64,000 nt of DNA from NCBI RefSeq assembly GCF_036321535.1, contig NC_087439.1, positions 18,848,001 to 18,912,000 on the forward strand, read 5' to 3'. This stretch comes from Camelus dromedarius (lineage: Eukaryota). Positions 36,520-48,901 of this stretch are shown here, piece after piece. Each line of letters opens with the position of its first letter. Positions within the stretch are counted from its first letter, which is position 1. The notes beneath the pieces were generated by a model. It was not told the origin of the DNA. It saw only the letters and a program-made list of their open reading frames with translations, and ran no database searches. Position numbers and translations under genes: made by a program.

Positions 36520-36715
36520 ATAGCCCGCATTCCCCTTCCCTGCTTTAGGTTTCCCTATGACGTTTATCACTACTATGTCTGATATTTTATCTATCTCTCC
36601 CACTAGAATATAAACGCAAGAATGTTTTGTTGTCTTGTTCCCTGCTGTTGCAGTGCTAGAACAGTGTCTGCAACAAACTGGGGTCTTGATAACTGTTGAA
36701 TAAGTGAAAGAGTTA
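36520..36715 (+). mobile_element. L2a 3' end
   Basis: 'ctctcccactagaatataaac...ttgttccctgctg...tagaacagtgtctg...tgttgaataagtgaa'. Confidence 0.7.
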
Positions 36716-37447
36716 GTATTTCAGGTGTAAATGGGCTAGAGGCTGTGTCCTGTCTTTGGTTCAGAAATATATCCTTAGACCTATGTGCATTACTGGTGAG
36801 AAATACAGCATGAAAGAGCTGGAAGGAACTTCAGCGCTTTTCTTACCCCTTTGTTCTTTTCAGAAAAAGTCATTTGCTACCAACACCAAGCTGATGGTAG
36901 AACTAGAAGTAAAACTCCTTGTCCGGAAGCCTTCCCACCTCATATCCCACCCAATTAGTATGACCAGATCTAGGGATTTCCTTTTCCACTTAGCTCTTTA
37001 TTAAAGGTCTTCTCTGAAGGCCCCCAACTGGTCTAATGCCTCCCCTGCCCTCACTTTGGGTTGCGTCCTGGTTGGATGACTGCAGGGGCTTTAGAGGGGC
37101 CCTGTTGTTCTGTTGGATCCGGGGGTTGCTAGCTTTTGAAGCAGGCCTGCTCATTGCTGATTTCCCCTAGGCGTTTGTTTTTGAAGCCAAAGCTTCAAAG
37201 GCAAGTAACTTTTGAAATTCCTCAGCTATTCATCCGGTTGGAGAAGCTAGATGCAGACCCTCAAGAAGCCATTTGTTACTTTCATTGGGTTCCATAGATA
37301 AGCAGGAAGCCACCATTTGGAGGATGAGCTGACACCCTGTCTTAAGTGGCTGGGTCTCTGCAGAGGGTCTGCGTGGGGTGAATATTTTGACTTGCAGTTT
37401 CTCAAGGAGAGGTTTTAAGAAAGTCGAGTGTGGAAATTCCCCTTGTT

Positions 37448-37469
37448 TGTGTGTGTGTGTGTGTGTGTG
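37448..37469. repeat. (TG)11 microsatellite
   Basis: Counted directly. Confidence 0.9.
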
Positions 37470-37494
37470 TATGTTTTTTGTTTGTTTTTAGTTT

Positions 37495-37976
37495 TTAAAT
37501 TGTGGTCCAGGGATCCCTGGGGGTTCCAAAAAGCCTTCCAGGGGTTCTGTAAAGTCAAAACAGTTTTCATAATAACTCTGAAACATTATTTGCCCTTTTC
37601 ACTTTCATTCTCTCACCATTTACTGAGGAGTTTCCAGAAGGTATCTGACGTGATATTGTAACAGAATGAATGCAAAAGCAGATATTAGCTGTCTCTTGTT
37701 AGGCTGGACATAAAGAGATTTGCAAAAAATTTTAAACAATGACCCCTCTTCTCACTTTCCATAAAAGTAGCTACTTTCCATAAAATCATACTTTTATGTT
37801 AACATGGAATAGGCTTAGTATTTTTAAATGAACTAATTTAAAAATTTTTCTTATTTTAATTTCTAATACAATAAAGATATATATATGTAATATCCCTCTA
37901 AAACAAAAGGAACTTTCAGATACTCAAATTTTTTTAGAGTAAGGGGTCCTGAGACCAAATAGTTTGAGAACCACAG
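37495..37976 (+). mobile_element. hAT-Charlie non-autonomous element (Charlie4a-like)
   Basis: 'aaagtcaaaacagttttcataataac...gaatgaatgcaaaagcagatat...ggggtcctgagaccaaatagtttgagaaccac'. Confidence 0.7.
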
Positions 37977-38029
37977 TAACAGAACTGTCAAAACTCAGTC
38001 TGAATAAACCACAGAAAATCATATATTTC

Positions 38030-38230
38030 AGAACTAGAAGATCTTTGAAGGGTGATCTGGTCCAGTGCATTGCTTCAATGCTCAGGCATGCTAAGTATTA
38101 TCCCTTTTTACAGATGAAACAACTGAGACTCAGAGGGTACACAGACTTCCCCACAACTCTGCAGCTGTTGAGGGCAGAGTTAGGAAGAGGTGAGACACTG
38201 AGACAGGACTGGGACCCAGTCTTATTTCTT
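38030..38230 (-). mobile_element. MIR fragment
   Basis: 'attatcccttttacagatgaaacaactgagactcagaggg'-type antisense MIR core. Confidence 0.7.
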
Positions 38231-38349
38231 CCATGCAGGTACAGCTCCACCCACTCCCGACTCTGCTAGGGACACGAACGGTCCTTATTAAGAAAATGTA
38301 AACAGCAAATAGACAAACCCATCCTCTTCCTTTTCTCTTTTTATTTGAC

Positions 38350-38850
38350 TGTTAGGTTTATCTTTGGTAAGTTTGTTGGTGAAGGAGCTGAAAGGTCTGG
38401 GAAGAATCATTTATTTGCTTAATTTGTTGGGTTTAGAACCTGATGGCCGAAGTTGAGATGTTGACAATGCTAGCTGCAATCCCCTCAAGGCCCGACTTGT
38501 GGAGGGTCTTCTTCCAAGCTCACTGGCATGGCTGTTGGCAAACCGTGGCTGGCTGTTCCCCAAGAGACATGAGAGACATTCTTCCCTTGCTGCATGGACC
38601 TGTCCATGGGGCAGCTCACAATATGGCGGCTGGCTTCCCTCAGTGAGTAGAGTGAGAGGGGCTCCAAAATGGAAACCATAGTCTTCTTGCAACCTAGTCT
38701 TGGTAGTGACACCTCGCCACTTTGGCCATAATTTAATTTTTAGACTCAAGTCACTAGGTCCAGCCCACATTCAGGGAGGAGGTAAGGCATATGGGCCTAA
38801 ATATCAGGAGGCATGAATCCTTGGGAGCCATCTGAAAGGCTGCCTACTAC
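38350..38850 (-). mobile_element. MaLR solo LTR (MLT1F/G-like)
   Basis: 'gcagctcacaatatggcggctggcttccct', 'aagtcactaggtccagcccacattcaggg', ending 'ggctgcctactaca'; paralogous to the LTR at 25502-26047. Confidence 0.8.
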
Positions 38851-38954
38851 AGCCTCTAACCTAACATCTGATCCTCCCCTCATCTAGTGAACCCACCTCA
38901 TCACACAGTGCTTTCCAAGGATAAATAGCTTGTGCTCACTACCTTTGGGCCAGT

Positions 38955-39200
38955 CTAGTACAGAGGTGAAGAGGATGGACTTTGCAGCCTGTCTTCCTGG
39001 GTTGAATCCCAGCTCTACTACTTGATGGCTGAGGAGCCTGGGCAAGTTACTCTGTGTCTCAGTTTCCTGTCCATAGAATGGGGCTGATCACAGTTGCTCC
39101 TTGATGGTGGTTCTTGTGAAGATCAAGACAATGCATAATGTGAGTGCTTAAGACATTGGCTGATATGGAGTAAGCACCATATGGTTACTTACAGTTATTA
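38955..39200 (+). mobile_element. MIR SINE, near full length
   Basis: 'cctgggttgaatcccagctctactact...ctgggcaagttact...ctcagtttcc...aatggggctgat'. Confidence 0.8.
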
Positions 39201-39231
39201 CTGCCATGCATGAGGAACGTTACCTGAATTA

Positions 39232-39796
39232 TCTTTTTTTTAAAATATTTTTTATTGAGTTATAGTCATTTTACAATGTTGTATCAAATTCCAGTGTAGA
39301 GCACAATTTTTCAGTTATATATGAACATACATATATTCATTGTCACATTTTTTTTTCGCTGTGAGCTACCACAAGATCTTGTATATATTTCCCTGTGCTA
39401 TACAGTATAATTTGGTTTATCTATTCTACATTCTGAAATCCCAGTCTGTCCCTTCCCACCCCCTCACCCCCTTGGCAACCACAAGTTTGTATTCTATGTC
39501 TATGAATCTGTTTCTGTTTTGTATTTATGGTTTTTTTTTTTTTTTTTTTTTTAGATTCCACATATGAGCGATCTCATATGGTATTTTTCTTTCTCTTTCT
39601 GGCTTACTTCACTTAGAATGACATTCTCCAGGAACATCCATGTTACTGCAAATGGNNNNNNNNNNNNNNNNNNNNNNNNNNNNNNNNNNNNNNNNNNNNN
39701 NNNNNNNNNNNNNNNNNNNNNNNNNNNNNNNNNNNNNNNNNNNNNNNNNNNNNNNNNNNNNNNNNNNNNNNNNNNNNNNNNNNNNNNNNNNNNNNN
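39232..39796 (-). mobile_element. Young camelid L1 3' end (5' part in N-run)
   Basis: T tail then 'tttattgagttatagtcattttacaatgttgtatcaaattccagtgtagagcac'; the partial TSD 'ttatc' is visible before the tail and after the Ns. Confidence 0.92.
39656..39796. other. N-run (141 nt)
   Basis: Seen directly; inside an L1. Confidence 1.
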
Positions 39797-39799
39797 TTA

Positions 39800-39950
39800 T
39801 CGCTAACATCCCCATGAAGTAGGTATTTTCACGCCATCCGACCAATGAAAAACTAAGACTTAGAGAGTTTAAGCATCTTGCCCAAGGTATCATCACTGGT
39901 AACTGATGGGACTGAGATTCTTTACCAGGTTTGTGTACCCCAGTTCTGGC
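39800..39950 (-). mobile_element. MIR fragment
   Basis: 'atgaaaaactaagacttagagagtttaagcatcttgcccaaggtatcatcactggt'. Confidence 0.7.
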
Positions 39951-41134
39951 CTTCTTCTACTCTGTTACATTGGAGAATGCACCATGGAAAGAAGATGGCC
40001 ACAGTAGAGTTCAGAGAGGATTAATAAGAACATACTTAATATACTGTTGATATAATTCTGAATTAAAAGGCACACACTTTTTAATCATCCCTATATATAT
40101 CAATGGGAGTTTTTCTAGGACTGAATTTTACTTTGAAAATAAATAACTGGTAGCCAGGCAGACTCAAAAATAACGAAGCCCTTAGGCTGTAATTGTTTAC
40201 CATGTGATTTTCTCATCCTTTCCATGGTAGTTACCTTGCAATTAAATGATCAACAGTTATCCTGTAAGTAGCAAGTTTGCCCATGAAATTTGTGACCTGG
40301 AAAATCAACCGTCATAAGAGTGGAAGTGTTAAATGGTCTGGAAATGATCAGGGCCATCAAATCCACACCAACGGGAAGGTGAGGCCACCTCCTCCGTTTG
40401 ACACATCTATCAAGATACTAAGTGCAGTACCCAAATAAATTCCTGGCTGCGAATTGGCACTACCTGAAGGCCTTTCCATGTGGGAGCTGGAGCTGCCTGT
40501 GGCAGTGTCTCCTCCCAGGCCAGGGGCTTCTCCTTCACACTTTGAGAGGGAGGTACAGCTCTCTAGCACCATCAGCAAAAATTTCATAATCAACTTTCAG
40601 GCCAGTGCATGACTAAGCAAGGACAACTGTGGCTCACTGGCCCACTGAGTTTGTTGCTCTCACAGAGCTAGATGTGTTTCCTTGTGACTTCCTTGTAGAG
40701 AAACTTCAGGGAAGGAACGTATATGTGGATGGGCCTTGGGAAATTGGGGAATGCATGCTCACTCTAATATCAGTGCAGACTGACCATATGGGATGGGAAG
40801 GCAGCTACTGCCGATATCCACATTCTCTCTGAAAAGAGAGAATTAATCCCACAACTGCTCATTCAAGAGTAAGGAAGAAGGGTAAAATCAGTTCCTCTCC
40901 CTTAAGAACTTGCATCTTTATTGGGGATTTATGATAGATTCACATGAACCAATACAAAATGTTATAGGGCCATGGGACCCTGCCAGCAGTAACTGGGAAT
41001 ATCAGAGGTCAATGGGAAGGGTAGAGTTTGAGCAGTTGAGCAAAGAGGAAGGATAAATCCAAGTTCTTTAGCTTCCTAGGGTATGGATCTACAGATTTCT
41101 GTAATCTGCCTTTTGGAGTCTCAGATCCAGGAAG

Positions 41135-41355
41135 GCATCTTCGTACAGAGAAGGTGGGCGGGCTTTGGAGTTGGGCAGATATGGCTAAAAGTCCTGGATC
41201 TCCACTCCCTAGCTGTTGGGACCCAAAGTGAGTCACCTAATATCTTTGGAGCTCTGTTTCTCCATCTGCAAAATAGGAATAGTACAACCCACGGAGAGCA
41301 ATGGTATAGATTGTATGAAAACATGTGGACTTGCACATTATAGGTGCTGAATAAA
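41135..41355 (+). mobile_element. MIR SINE
   Basis: 'gctttggagttgggcagat...ctctgtttctccatctgcaaaatagg...ataggtgctgaataaa'. Confidence 0.7.
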
Positions 41356-41449
41356 CATGGGTTCCTTTCCTTTTCACTGTTCCTTCAGATCCTTTATGGG
41401 ACATATCAGGCCTGCAGGTCCAGCTCAGCCAACCCCTGTTTCCACATCA

Positions 41450-41755
41450 TCTTATGCCAGTCTTAGTCTCTTGAAACCCTCTATCAAGGCTGCCACCAAA
41501 TGCCACCTCCTCCATGAAGCCTTCCTCACTCCTTCCGGCCACAAGGGATTTCTCCTTTCTTCATACTTTCCTAGCTTCACCCCAACCTCCCTGGGTATTT
41601 GCTACCGGAATTACTTGGCTACATGCCCCATCTCCCTTGCCAGGAAATGAGCTCCTTGAGAGCCTTGGTGGTATCAGGTTTCTTTTTCTAGATTCACAGT
41701 ACCTAGCCCTGTGCTGAACCACAAAGCGTGTTCAGGAAATATCTGCTGCGTGACC
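41450..41755 (+). mobile_element. L2 3' end
   Basis: 'aaatgccacctcctccatgaagccttcc' ... 'gtacctagccctgtgctg...gtgttcaggaaatatctgctg'. Confidence 0.7.
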
Positions 41756-42589
41756 AGTAAAGAACTGAAAAGAGGGCAGAAGACAATTCTGGAAGAGAAG
41801 TCGGAGTAAGAGTGAAGGCCTGGAGATGGGCATGGCTGGGGTGTGTTCAGAGGTATAGCATCAGCCTGGCTCAGCGTGAAGGTTTGGGTCAGGGCAGTTA
41901 AAGACGTGGCAGCTTGGGAGCTTCAAGGCATTCGTCCCAATCCCTCTTGCCCCACTGAGCACATTACCCCCCTTCACTGTATTTGAGGTTGACTTGATAT
42001 AAATCTGAGTCTAGTTTACTTTTATGTACTTACACTCGAACTGGAAACTCTCTTTCCTGCAGAGCTGGTTATAACAGCTCTCTGGAGTAGAGATGATTAT
42101 ATCTGGGTCACTGTTTTAATTAGGACAGTCAACTCAAACGGAAATGCTCTCAAAGAGAGGTTGGGTGTGCCCACCTCTGCCAATTAGGAAGCAGATTTGG
42201 GCTGTCCCCAGTCACAGGTGCTGTGTTTGTTAAGCCCCCAACATAGTTCACATTGCAGCCACTCAGTACTTGCTTACTCGTAGCATTAAAACTCAAGAGT
42301 GAGGAATGGACCTGCCTGACCCTCTGCTAAGGGTCTGATTTCCTCTCCAAAGCCAGGACACCCTGAGGGAAAAATTCTAAAGTAGACCTGAGACTCCCAG
42401 AGTTGGGGAAATGGAGAGGAGTTGAGTTTCACTACGTGAATCAGAGCTAGAACTGACTGCAGATGATCAGGCCCACAGAACACATTGTGGGGGACATCTG
42501 ATTAGCCAGACAGAAAGTACTGGCTATTTAAATTTGTCTTTGATTTTTTTTTCACAGGCTCACAGTATTTTCAGAAGGGCCTTTAGCGG

Positions 42590-42770
42590 TTATGTTCATA
42601 ATCACTAATATCACACTGCTAGTTGGTGAGCCCATTGACTTTGTGTTTTTTATATTATAAAGTCCTTTTACATACTTTTATTTCTCAAAAACCAGTTATG
42701 TAGGGATTCCTATCCCCATTGTAAAGATGACACAGTTGAGGTTCAGAGCAGTCAGCTAAACAGTAAAACT
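42590..42770 (-). mobile_element. MIR fragment
   Basis: 'tatccccattgtaaagatgacacagttgaggttcagagcag'. Confidence 0.55.
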
Positions 42771-45068
42771 TCCAGTTAATAGCTGCTTGCTCTGTTCTTC
42801 TCAGCCTCCTCTTAACGACCTATTCCAGGGAGATTGAAATTAGTGCTGAATCCAAGGATGGGTGTCTGCATAGATGCTGCTACCAGGACTGTCTGTGTGA
42901 CAGAAAGAGACCCCTGAGCCCTTCGGGGAAGGTTGGGAGCATCGCGCGTTCATCACTCAGCCCTGGAAATACCTGGGCTGCGGAGCCCAGGGACGCTGTG
43001 CACCCCCGGAGCGGTTCCGATGACAGCTCCTGCCACGCCATGCAAAACCTCAGGCACAGATTTTCAGACAGCCATTAGCAGGCCACAGAAGTTTCCCCAA
43101 GACATTTGGTAAACCTTCCTCAAATCTGTTCTGACTTTGTGTGGGTGGCTGGTTTTCATCAAGAGGGCTCTCAAAGTAGCAACCCCCGAAAGGCTGAATT
43201 TGGAAGGAGCAGATCCTCCGGTGGGGTCCTGCCTTCCCTCCTCAAGTGCTTTACAATCTCCCTTCCTGAAATGCAAACATGGACACACGGTTCATGTATT
43301 ACACATGCTTTTTTATTTGCCAGCTCTGCCAGGATGAGCTACTTTCAGATATTATGAGATATTTTCTCTAAATCTGCGTCCAGTTCTGGGTGCTCAAATT
43401 CTGCAGAATTATGTGTGTGGCAGGGGAATCCCCTGTGGGCTCTGTCATTTCTTAAAACCCACTTAAGAGACTCCAGGCTCACTGGGCATCGCCACTAAGT
43501 TCAATCACTTTTCCTAATGATTTCTGCAATTAGTAAGTTTGAAAAAAAGTTTTTACTTGTTTTCAGTTTTCATTTATCATCAAGTCTCAGCTTTCCAAAA
43601 AAGTTACTGGACCTTGCTGGTTTCATCAACTTAAAAACAACAAGAAAAAGCTGCCTTTTTTTTCCCTCTTGTTCACAAATTGAGCTGCTAGTGACTAGGG
43701 TCAGGGCCGCTAGCACTGTGGCTCTCAGAGACTAAACAGATGGCTTTATAAACAGATTCCCTGGGTGGCAGGGGCAGAGGTGAAGACAGACAATGAAGAT
43801 GGGGGGTAAGAGCAAAGCTGGAACATCTCTTGAAGACAGAAATGGGAAACAGGGAAGCAAAACATCTGACCTGGTGTTTAAGGAAGGCTAAGTAATGAGG
43901 CTACCGGTATCAGACTGTCTCTACAGAGGACCTCAGGAGACACGTGTCTAAAGTTCCCATAAACCTCAGATAGATAAATTCTCTTGCCCTTCTTCCCAAC
44001 TTTCAAAAATGGTCTATATTACTCAAGAAAAACCACAAAGCTTTGAGCTGGTACTGGTTAGCCTAATTTAAGGTCATTTTTGCATAGAAGATTCAGACAC
44101 AGGAAATACATTGGCGTAAAAACAGTCAAGAGGGCACTGAAGTAATACCACCATTTCCACAGTCTTCACATCAAGATATGCTATGTCATCTGCGGGCATT
44201 TTTCTTTTGATGGTTTGTTTGCGAAATGACTACAGTGCCTTTGCCGGTGAGCCTCCGTTGTAAAATCCCTCAGAATGAAAGAAAAGGGAATTTTACTGTG
44301 AACCTTGAGTCTATTCTCATTTAGGAGGGAGGAGAAAGAAGCTACTCATCTCACTGATAAGTTTGTTTCCTGAGTTAAACAAAATAGAATATTCATCTCT
44401 CTTCTCACTGGAAGTGGCATCAAAATTGTCCAAAAGAAACCACCACCCTTTTTTCATGCACTTTAGCAAACAGACCTTTGGGACAGCATCTTCGCTATGT
44501 ACCTTTTAAAATGTTACGCCCTTAAAGCATCATTCATCCCTGACAGTTCTGCCAGGTTGGCCTGTTAAATTTTAAACCACTGAATTTTCATAATCCTTTT
44601 GTAAATGAATATACTCCCAACTGGCTATTACTCCTGAGACAACAAGGAAGTCATCTGAAAAAGATGATAATTTATGATAATATAAAGCAAGACCAATTGT
44701 TCCTCTTGGATTAAACAGTTCAGAGTTGAAGTGAAGTCCAGGACTTGAATTTCTAATCAGTATTAGCCAGTGTTAAAACTTTCTGGGCCAGTTTGTCATT
44801 GGTAAACCTTTCATTTAATAGACAGTAGAGTCTATCTCCTGAGAAGGATTGATTTAAATATATTGGTCAGCTATTTCACACAAGATTATTTATTAAATTT
44901 TTAAATGATAATAATACGTATTAACAGGAATGTTCTGATTTCAAGTTGAGGAGTCAAAGATATTTCCAAATATATTTCCCTATTAAGTCAACATATCTAT
45001 AAATTAGAATTAATGACATTATCACAGGAGTGGTAATATCAAGGTAATGTTTATAAACAAGGCTTATT

Positions 45069-45110
45069 AAGAATTTTATGAAAAAAAAAAAAAAAAAAAA
45101 GAATTTTATG
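45069..45110 (+). mobile_element. Solo poly(A) retro-insertion with perfect 12-bp TSD
   Basis: aagaattttatg (45069-45080), then A18, then aagaattttatg (45099-45110). Confidence 0.8.
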
Positions 45111-46429
45111 GACCAAACTAAGAGATTCCCACTCTACATCAAAGTGTACATATTATAAAGCACCCACATTTCACATTAAACACACATATACACACAATTT
45201 TATGAATTTTTTAGATTTTAAAGTTATATTGCTATCATAACTTATTTGTAATTGACTATAATTGCATGGCCACAATTCATGAATAATAAGAAATTCTCTT
45301 AAAGTGAGAAAAATCTAACCTACAAATTCTTTTCAAATATAATTCCAGTTTTATATATAGTAAATATCACAATTAGTGTCATGTTTGTTATATTTGTAGA
45401 TCTTTAATTAAATATTTGTTTAGAGTTCGTGATTTTATTTTTTTGTATTTTGAAACCAATGCATCTTTCCCTGTAGTCTCTAACACTTCTATAGATTCTT
45501 GAGAAGCCTTGTGTTCATAATGCCTGATATTTATAAGGGCCCAGTTTTTAAAATCCTTTAAAGTCATAAAGTATTTAAAAAATTCATAGGACAATGAAGA
45601 AATATTATTGTATCACTGTTCCCTTTTGCCTCTTGTCCTCAATAGCTAGATTACATAGGTCCAGGAACTAAGAGGATTGGCCCCTTATATCAATAATACT
45701 AGTGACCTATTCATGGGATTCATACTTCTTATCCTTGAAAACTTAAGCTGGGCTAGATTAGAAGGCCTGGTTTCGATGAGAGGGTCTGGAGAACTACTGG
45801 TGAGGGACCCAGCAAAGATTCTACTCAGTCTGAAGCTATGACTACCACCTGGTCCATCTGGGCTCCTTATGCCGATGGACTGTATTTGCAGGAGTGATTG
45901 ACTCTGATTATCATTAAGAACTAGAATTGCTGCTACCCAGTGGGGAGAGGAAGGGCTATGTCTGGAATGAAGGGAAGTCACTGGAGTGATTCAGTGCTAA
46001 CTGTAAATGAGCCAGTGCAGCAACCGCAGTCCAAGAACAGTAAAGCCACTGAGGATTCTGATTCTTACGGCATGAAGGTCTGAGCTGTCACTGCAGTGCT
46101 GGCTGAGGGTAAGGGAAATCTCCAACAAGTGATGGAGGGGAGAGATGAAAAATATCAGATTTGACCTCCTTGGTATCAGCAGGGGCTAGAGTTTATACCA
46201 CTAAAGCTGTTTGAAGGTTTTCATGGAGAGTTTGGCTGGGTGACACCTTGAAGATCCTGTGATGGTTTTTGACTTCAAGTAAGGCTTGAACAAAGCTGAG
46301 CAGTGTAAGGGGTGGACTGTATCTGACAGCTTATGTGCTTTGTTTCATAACATCTCGGCCCACCTTTATAATTTCAGTGCTGCTGTGGTCACCAGCTGCA
46401 TACAGGTATATCCTGAGAGCACCTTTCTT

Positions 46430-46850
46430 CAACTGTTCCTCATTTCTCTTGCTTTCTGCTTTAGACCTTCTCTGCTGCTTCACAAGAGATGCTCAGCCAC
46501 ACTGATGCATTAAAAAACATTAAGTATGAGGTATTACCCTCCTATGGGGCAATCCTTGACCAAGGTTGATGAAGGCCAGTGGATAAATGTCTCTATCTAC
46601 TTTCCTTCAGTTGTACAATCCTAAGGTGCATTTACACAGACCCTCAGAGAGTCCCCAGTGGGATTGACCCCCAGGTACTTAACTGTGATGATTAGTTTGG
46701 AGATATACTCTTGTATTGGCTTTTTCCTTTTCTCTGTTTCATTTTTCTTATTTGCCTGCACTATTCCGTGGGATCAGTTCCTGAAATAAACTACTTGTAC
46801 AAAAGTCCTTGCCTCACGCTCTGAATTTGGTGAAACTCAGACCGAAAAAC
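46430..46850 (+). mobile_element. ERVL LTR (LTR16-like)
   Basis: 'ggggcaatccttgaccaa', 'agtccccagtgggattga', 'cctgaaataaactacttgtacaaaagtccttgcctcacgctctg'. Confidence 0.72.
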
Positions 46851-46879
46851 TGTTTTTTTTTCCTATTCTGAATTCGCTG

Positions 46880-47186
46880 TTTTTTTTTAAATTGAAATAT
46901 AGTTGATTCACAATGTTGAATTAGTTTCTAGCATATAGCATAATGATTTATATATTTATTTATTTATTTATTCTTTTTCATTATAGGTTATTACAAGTTA
47001 TTGAATATAGTTCCCTGTGCCATACAGTAGGGCCTTGTTATTTATTCATTTTATATACAGTAGTTTGTATCTACTAGTCCCAAACTCCCAATTTATCTCT
47101 ACCCACCCTTTCCCATTTGGTAACCATAAGTTTGTTTTCTATGTCTGTGAGTCTCTTTCTGTTTTATAAATAAGTTCATTTGTGTC
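46880..47186 (-). mobile_element. 5'-truncated L1 3' UTR
   Basis: 'aattgaaatatagttgattcacaatgttg...aataagttcatttgtgtc'; TSD core attctgaatt at 46865-46874 and 47187-47196. Confidence 0.88.
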
Positions 47187-48901
47187 ATTCTGAATTTATT
47201 GGTTTTTTTCCTTTTTCAAGTGTGAAATATATACTTATAAAATTAATTAACTTTGAGATTTTGCAGTGAATGATTGACAGACTCAGTTCTCAAATCTGGT
47301 TAGTCAATGAAATTGCTTGGGGTCTCCCCCACCCAAACCTACTACATTAAAATCTCCAGGGTTGACATCCAGAACCTTTCATTTTCTTAAAGTTCTGTAA
47401 TTCATTCTTTATCATTTGGGTCTGAGACTTCCTGGCTGGGATGCTCTAAGTCTGTTCCAGTGATGGAATATTGAGAATCTATGAGCTTTCAAATACTCTT
47501 GAGCAGCAGAGGATTGCATAGGATTCTACATTTCCTTTAGGCATAGGGAGCCCAAGGAAAGGCAGAGACATGTGAGTTTTTCAAAAGACTCTGTGCTCTG
47601 TCAGACTTCCCACAAGATTGGCTTGATTTACTTGAGGTGGCCCATATTTTGGTTTGGATTTATATAAGTGCTCTGTGAAGTTACTGGCTTGTTCCCTATT
47701 CGAAGCTGGTGTGACATTGCTTCAAAAGTTCTTTCTTTTCCCTCTATAGATGATTGTATTCTTTTCTTCACCTGGGAGCCATCTGTTTGTGTCCAAAGGT
47801 GGTCAAGTCCATGACCCAGAGAGAAAGCAATGATAATATTACATTTCCACTTGTTCAAAGTCCTGAGAATATTTTTCAGCATGTAGATTCCATGACTTTT
47901 GGAAACTCTTTTAGTGTATCAGCTTAAGAATCGGAAGGGATGGTCCGCATTGATATTGTCTGAAAGAAACTCTCAGAATTTTATGAATAAGGCCATTTAT
48001 CTGCTAGGCACTCCAGTTACAGTGCAAAAGTCCTTGAGCTTACAAGGTCTATGAAGATGGTGGAGGCTGAGGGTGCCTTCCTCACCAGTGCTTTTTTCTT
48101 CAGAGGGTATGCCCTGTAGGCCCTGTTGTTTTATATAACAACTCCACCTTCACATTTCCGTGTTTCTGAGTCTTCCATTCCTCCACTCCTCCCATTACCC
48201 ACCCAAGACAGTCTGGTACATCTCTCTTGCATTTGAGTCTCATTGTTGCTTCCAGGTTTCAAGGAGACATTTGAGCAGTGTATTGGCTCCACGTCTCCTC
48301 ACCAGGATGTTAAATCCAGATTCAGGGTAAAATGGTCTGTTGTCAGTAAAATTCTTCCTTATTCAGCCTTCAGTTTGACTTTTCAAGATTCACTCTCACC
48401 TGTCCTCTCCTTCTGGCATGTCGAGCCAGGCTTGTGTACCTGTTAGAAACACACGTGCTAGGGAAATAATGGTTCTATCAGAAGCGGGAGACAGAGGGTA
48501 GCCACGAGGTTGGTGCCCCTCCTGGAGGGATCTGAGCATACACCTCCCACCTCACTCAGGAATGCGTGGGGGGCTTGTTTCCAGAGCAATGTGCTTCTCC
48601 CTGAGCCGAAGCCAGCCTGGAAGGGGCAAGAGGGGGGTCCAGGGTATGGGCCAAATCAGATTGCTAAAAGTCTGTCTGTTTGAAATGGTGTCTATCTCCC
48701 AGATTGAGGCTGGATTAGACCCCTTTTTAGCAAGAAGTGGCCAGAGCGGTTGTCACCCCATTTCCTCAAGATTTGAGGAAAGTGAAAACAGGAGTAGGGG
48801 TTGAAACCGAGTCCCCCTAAAACTGAATTCCCTTACTGAGTTAAGCTCTCTAACTTTATTCCCTTTCTTGTCTTGTCCCTGTTCTCCTTAGCATTGAGGC
48901 A

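Noticed and set aside
42278-42362. 85-nt minus-strand exon candidate with good acceptor and GTAAGC donor
   Set aside because: Stops in all three frames; it shows how readily such AG..GT pairs arise by chance.
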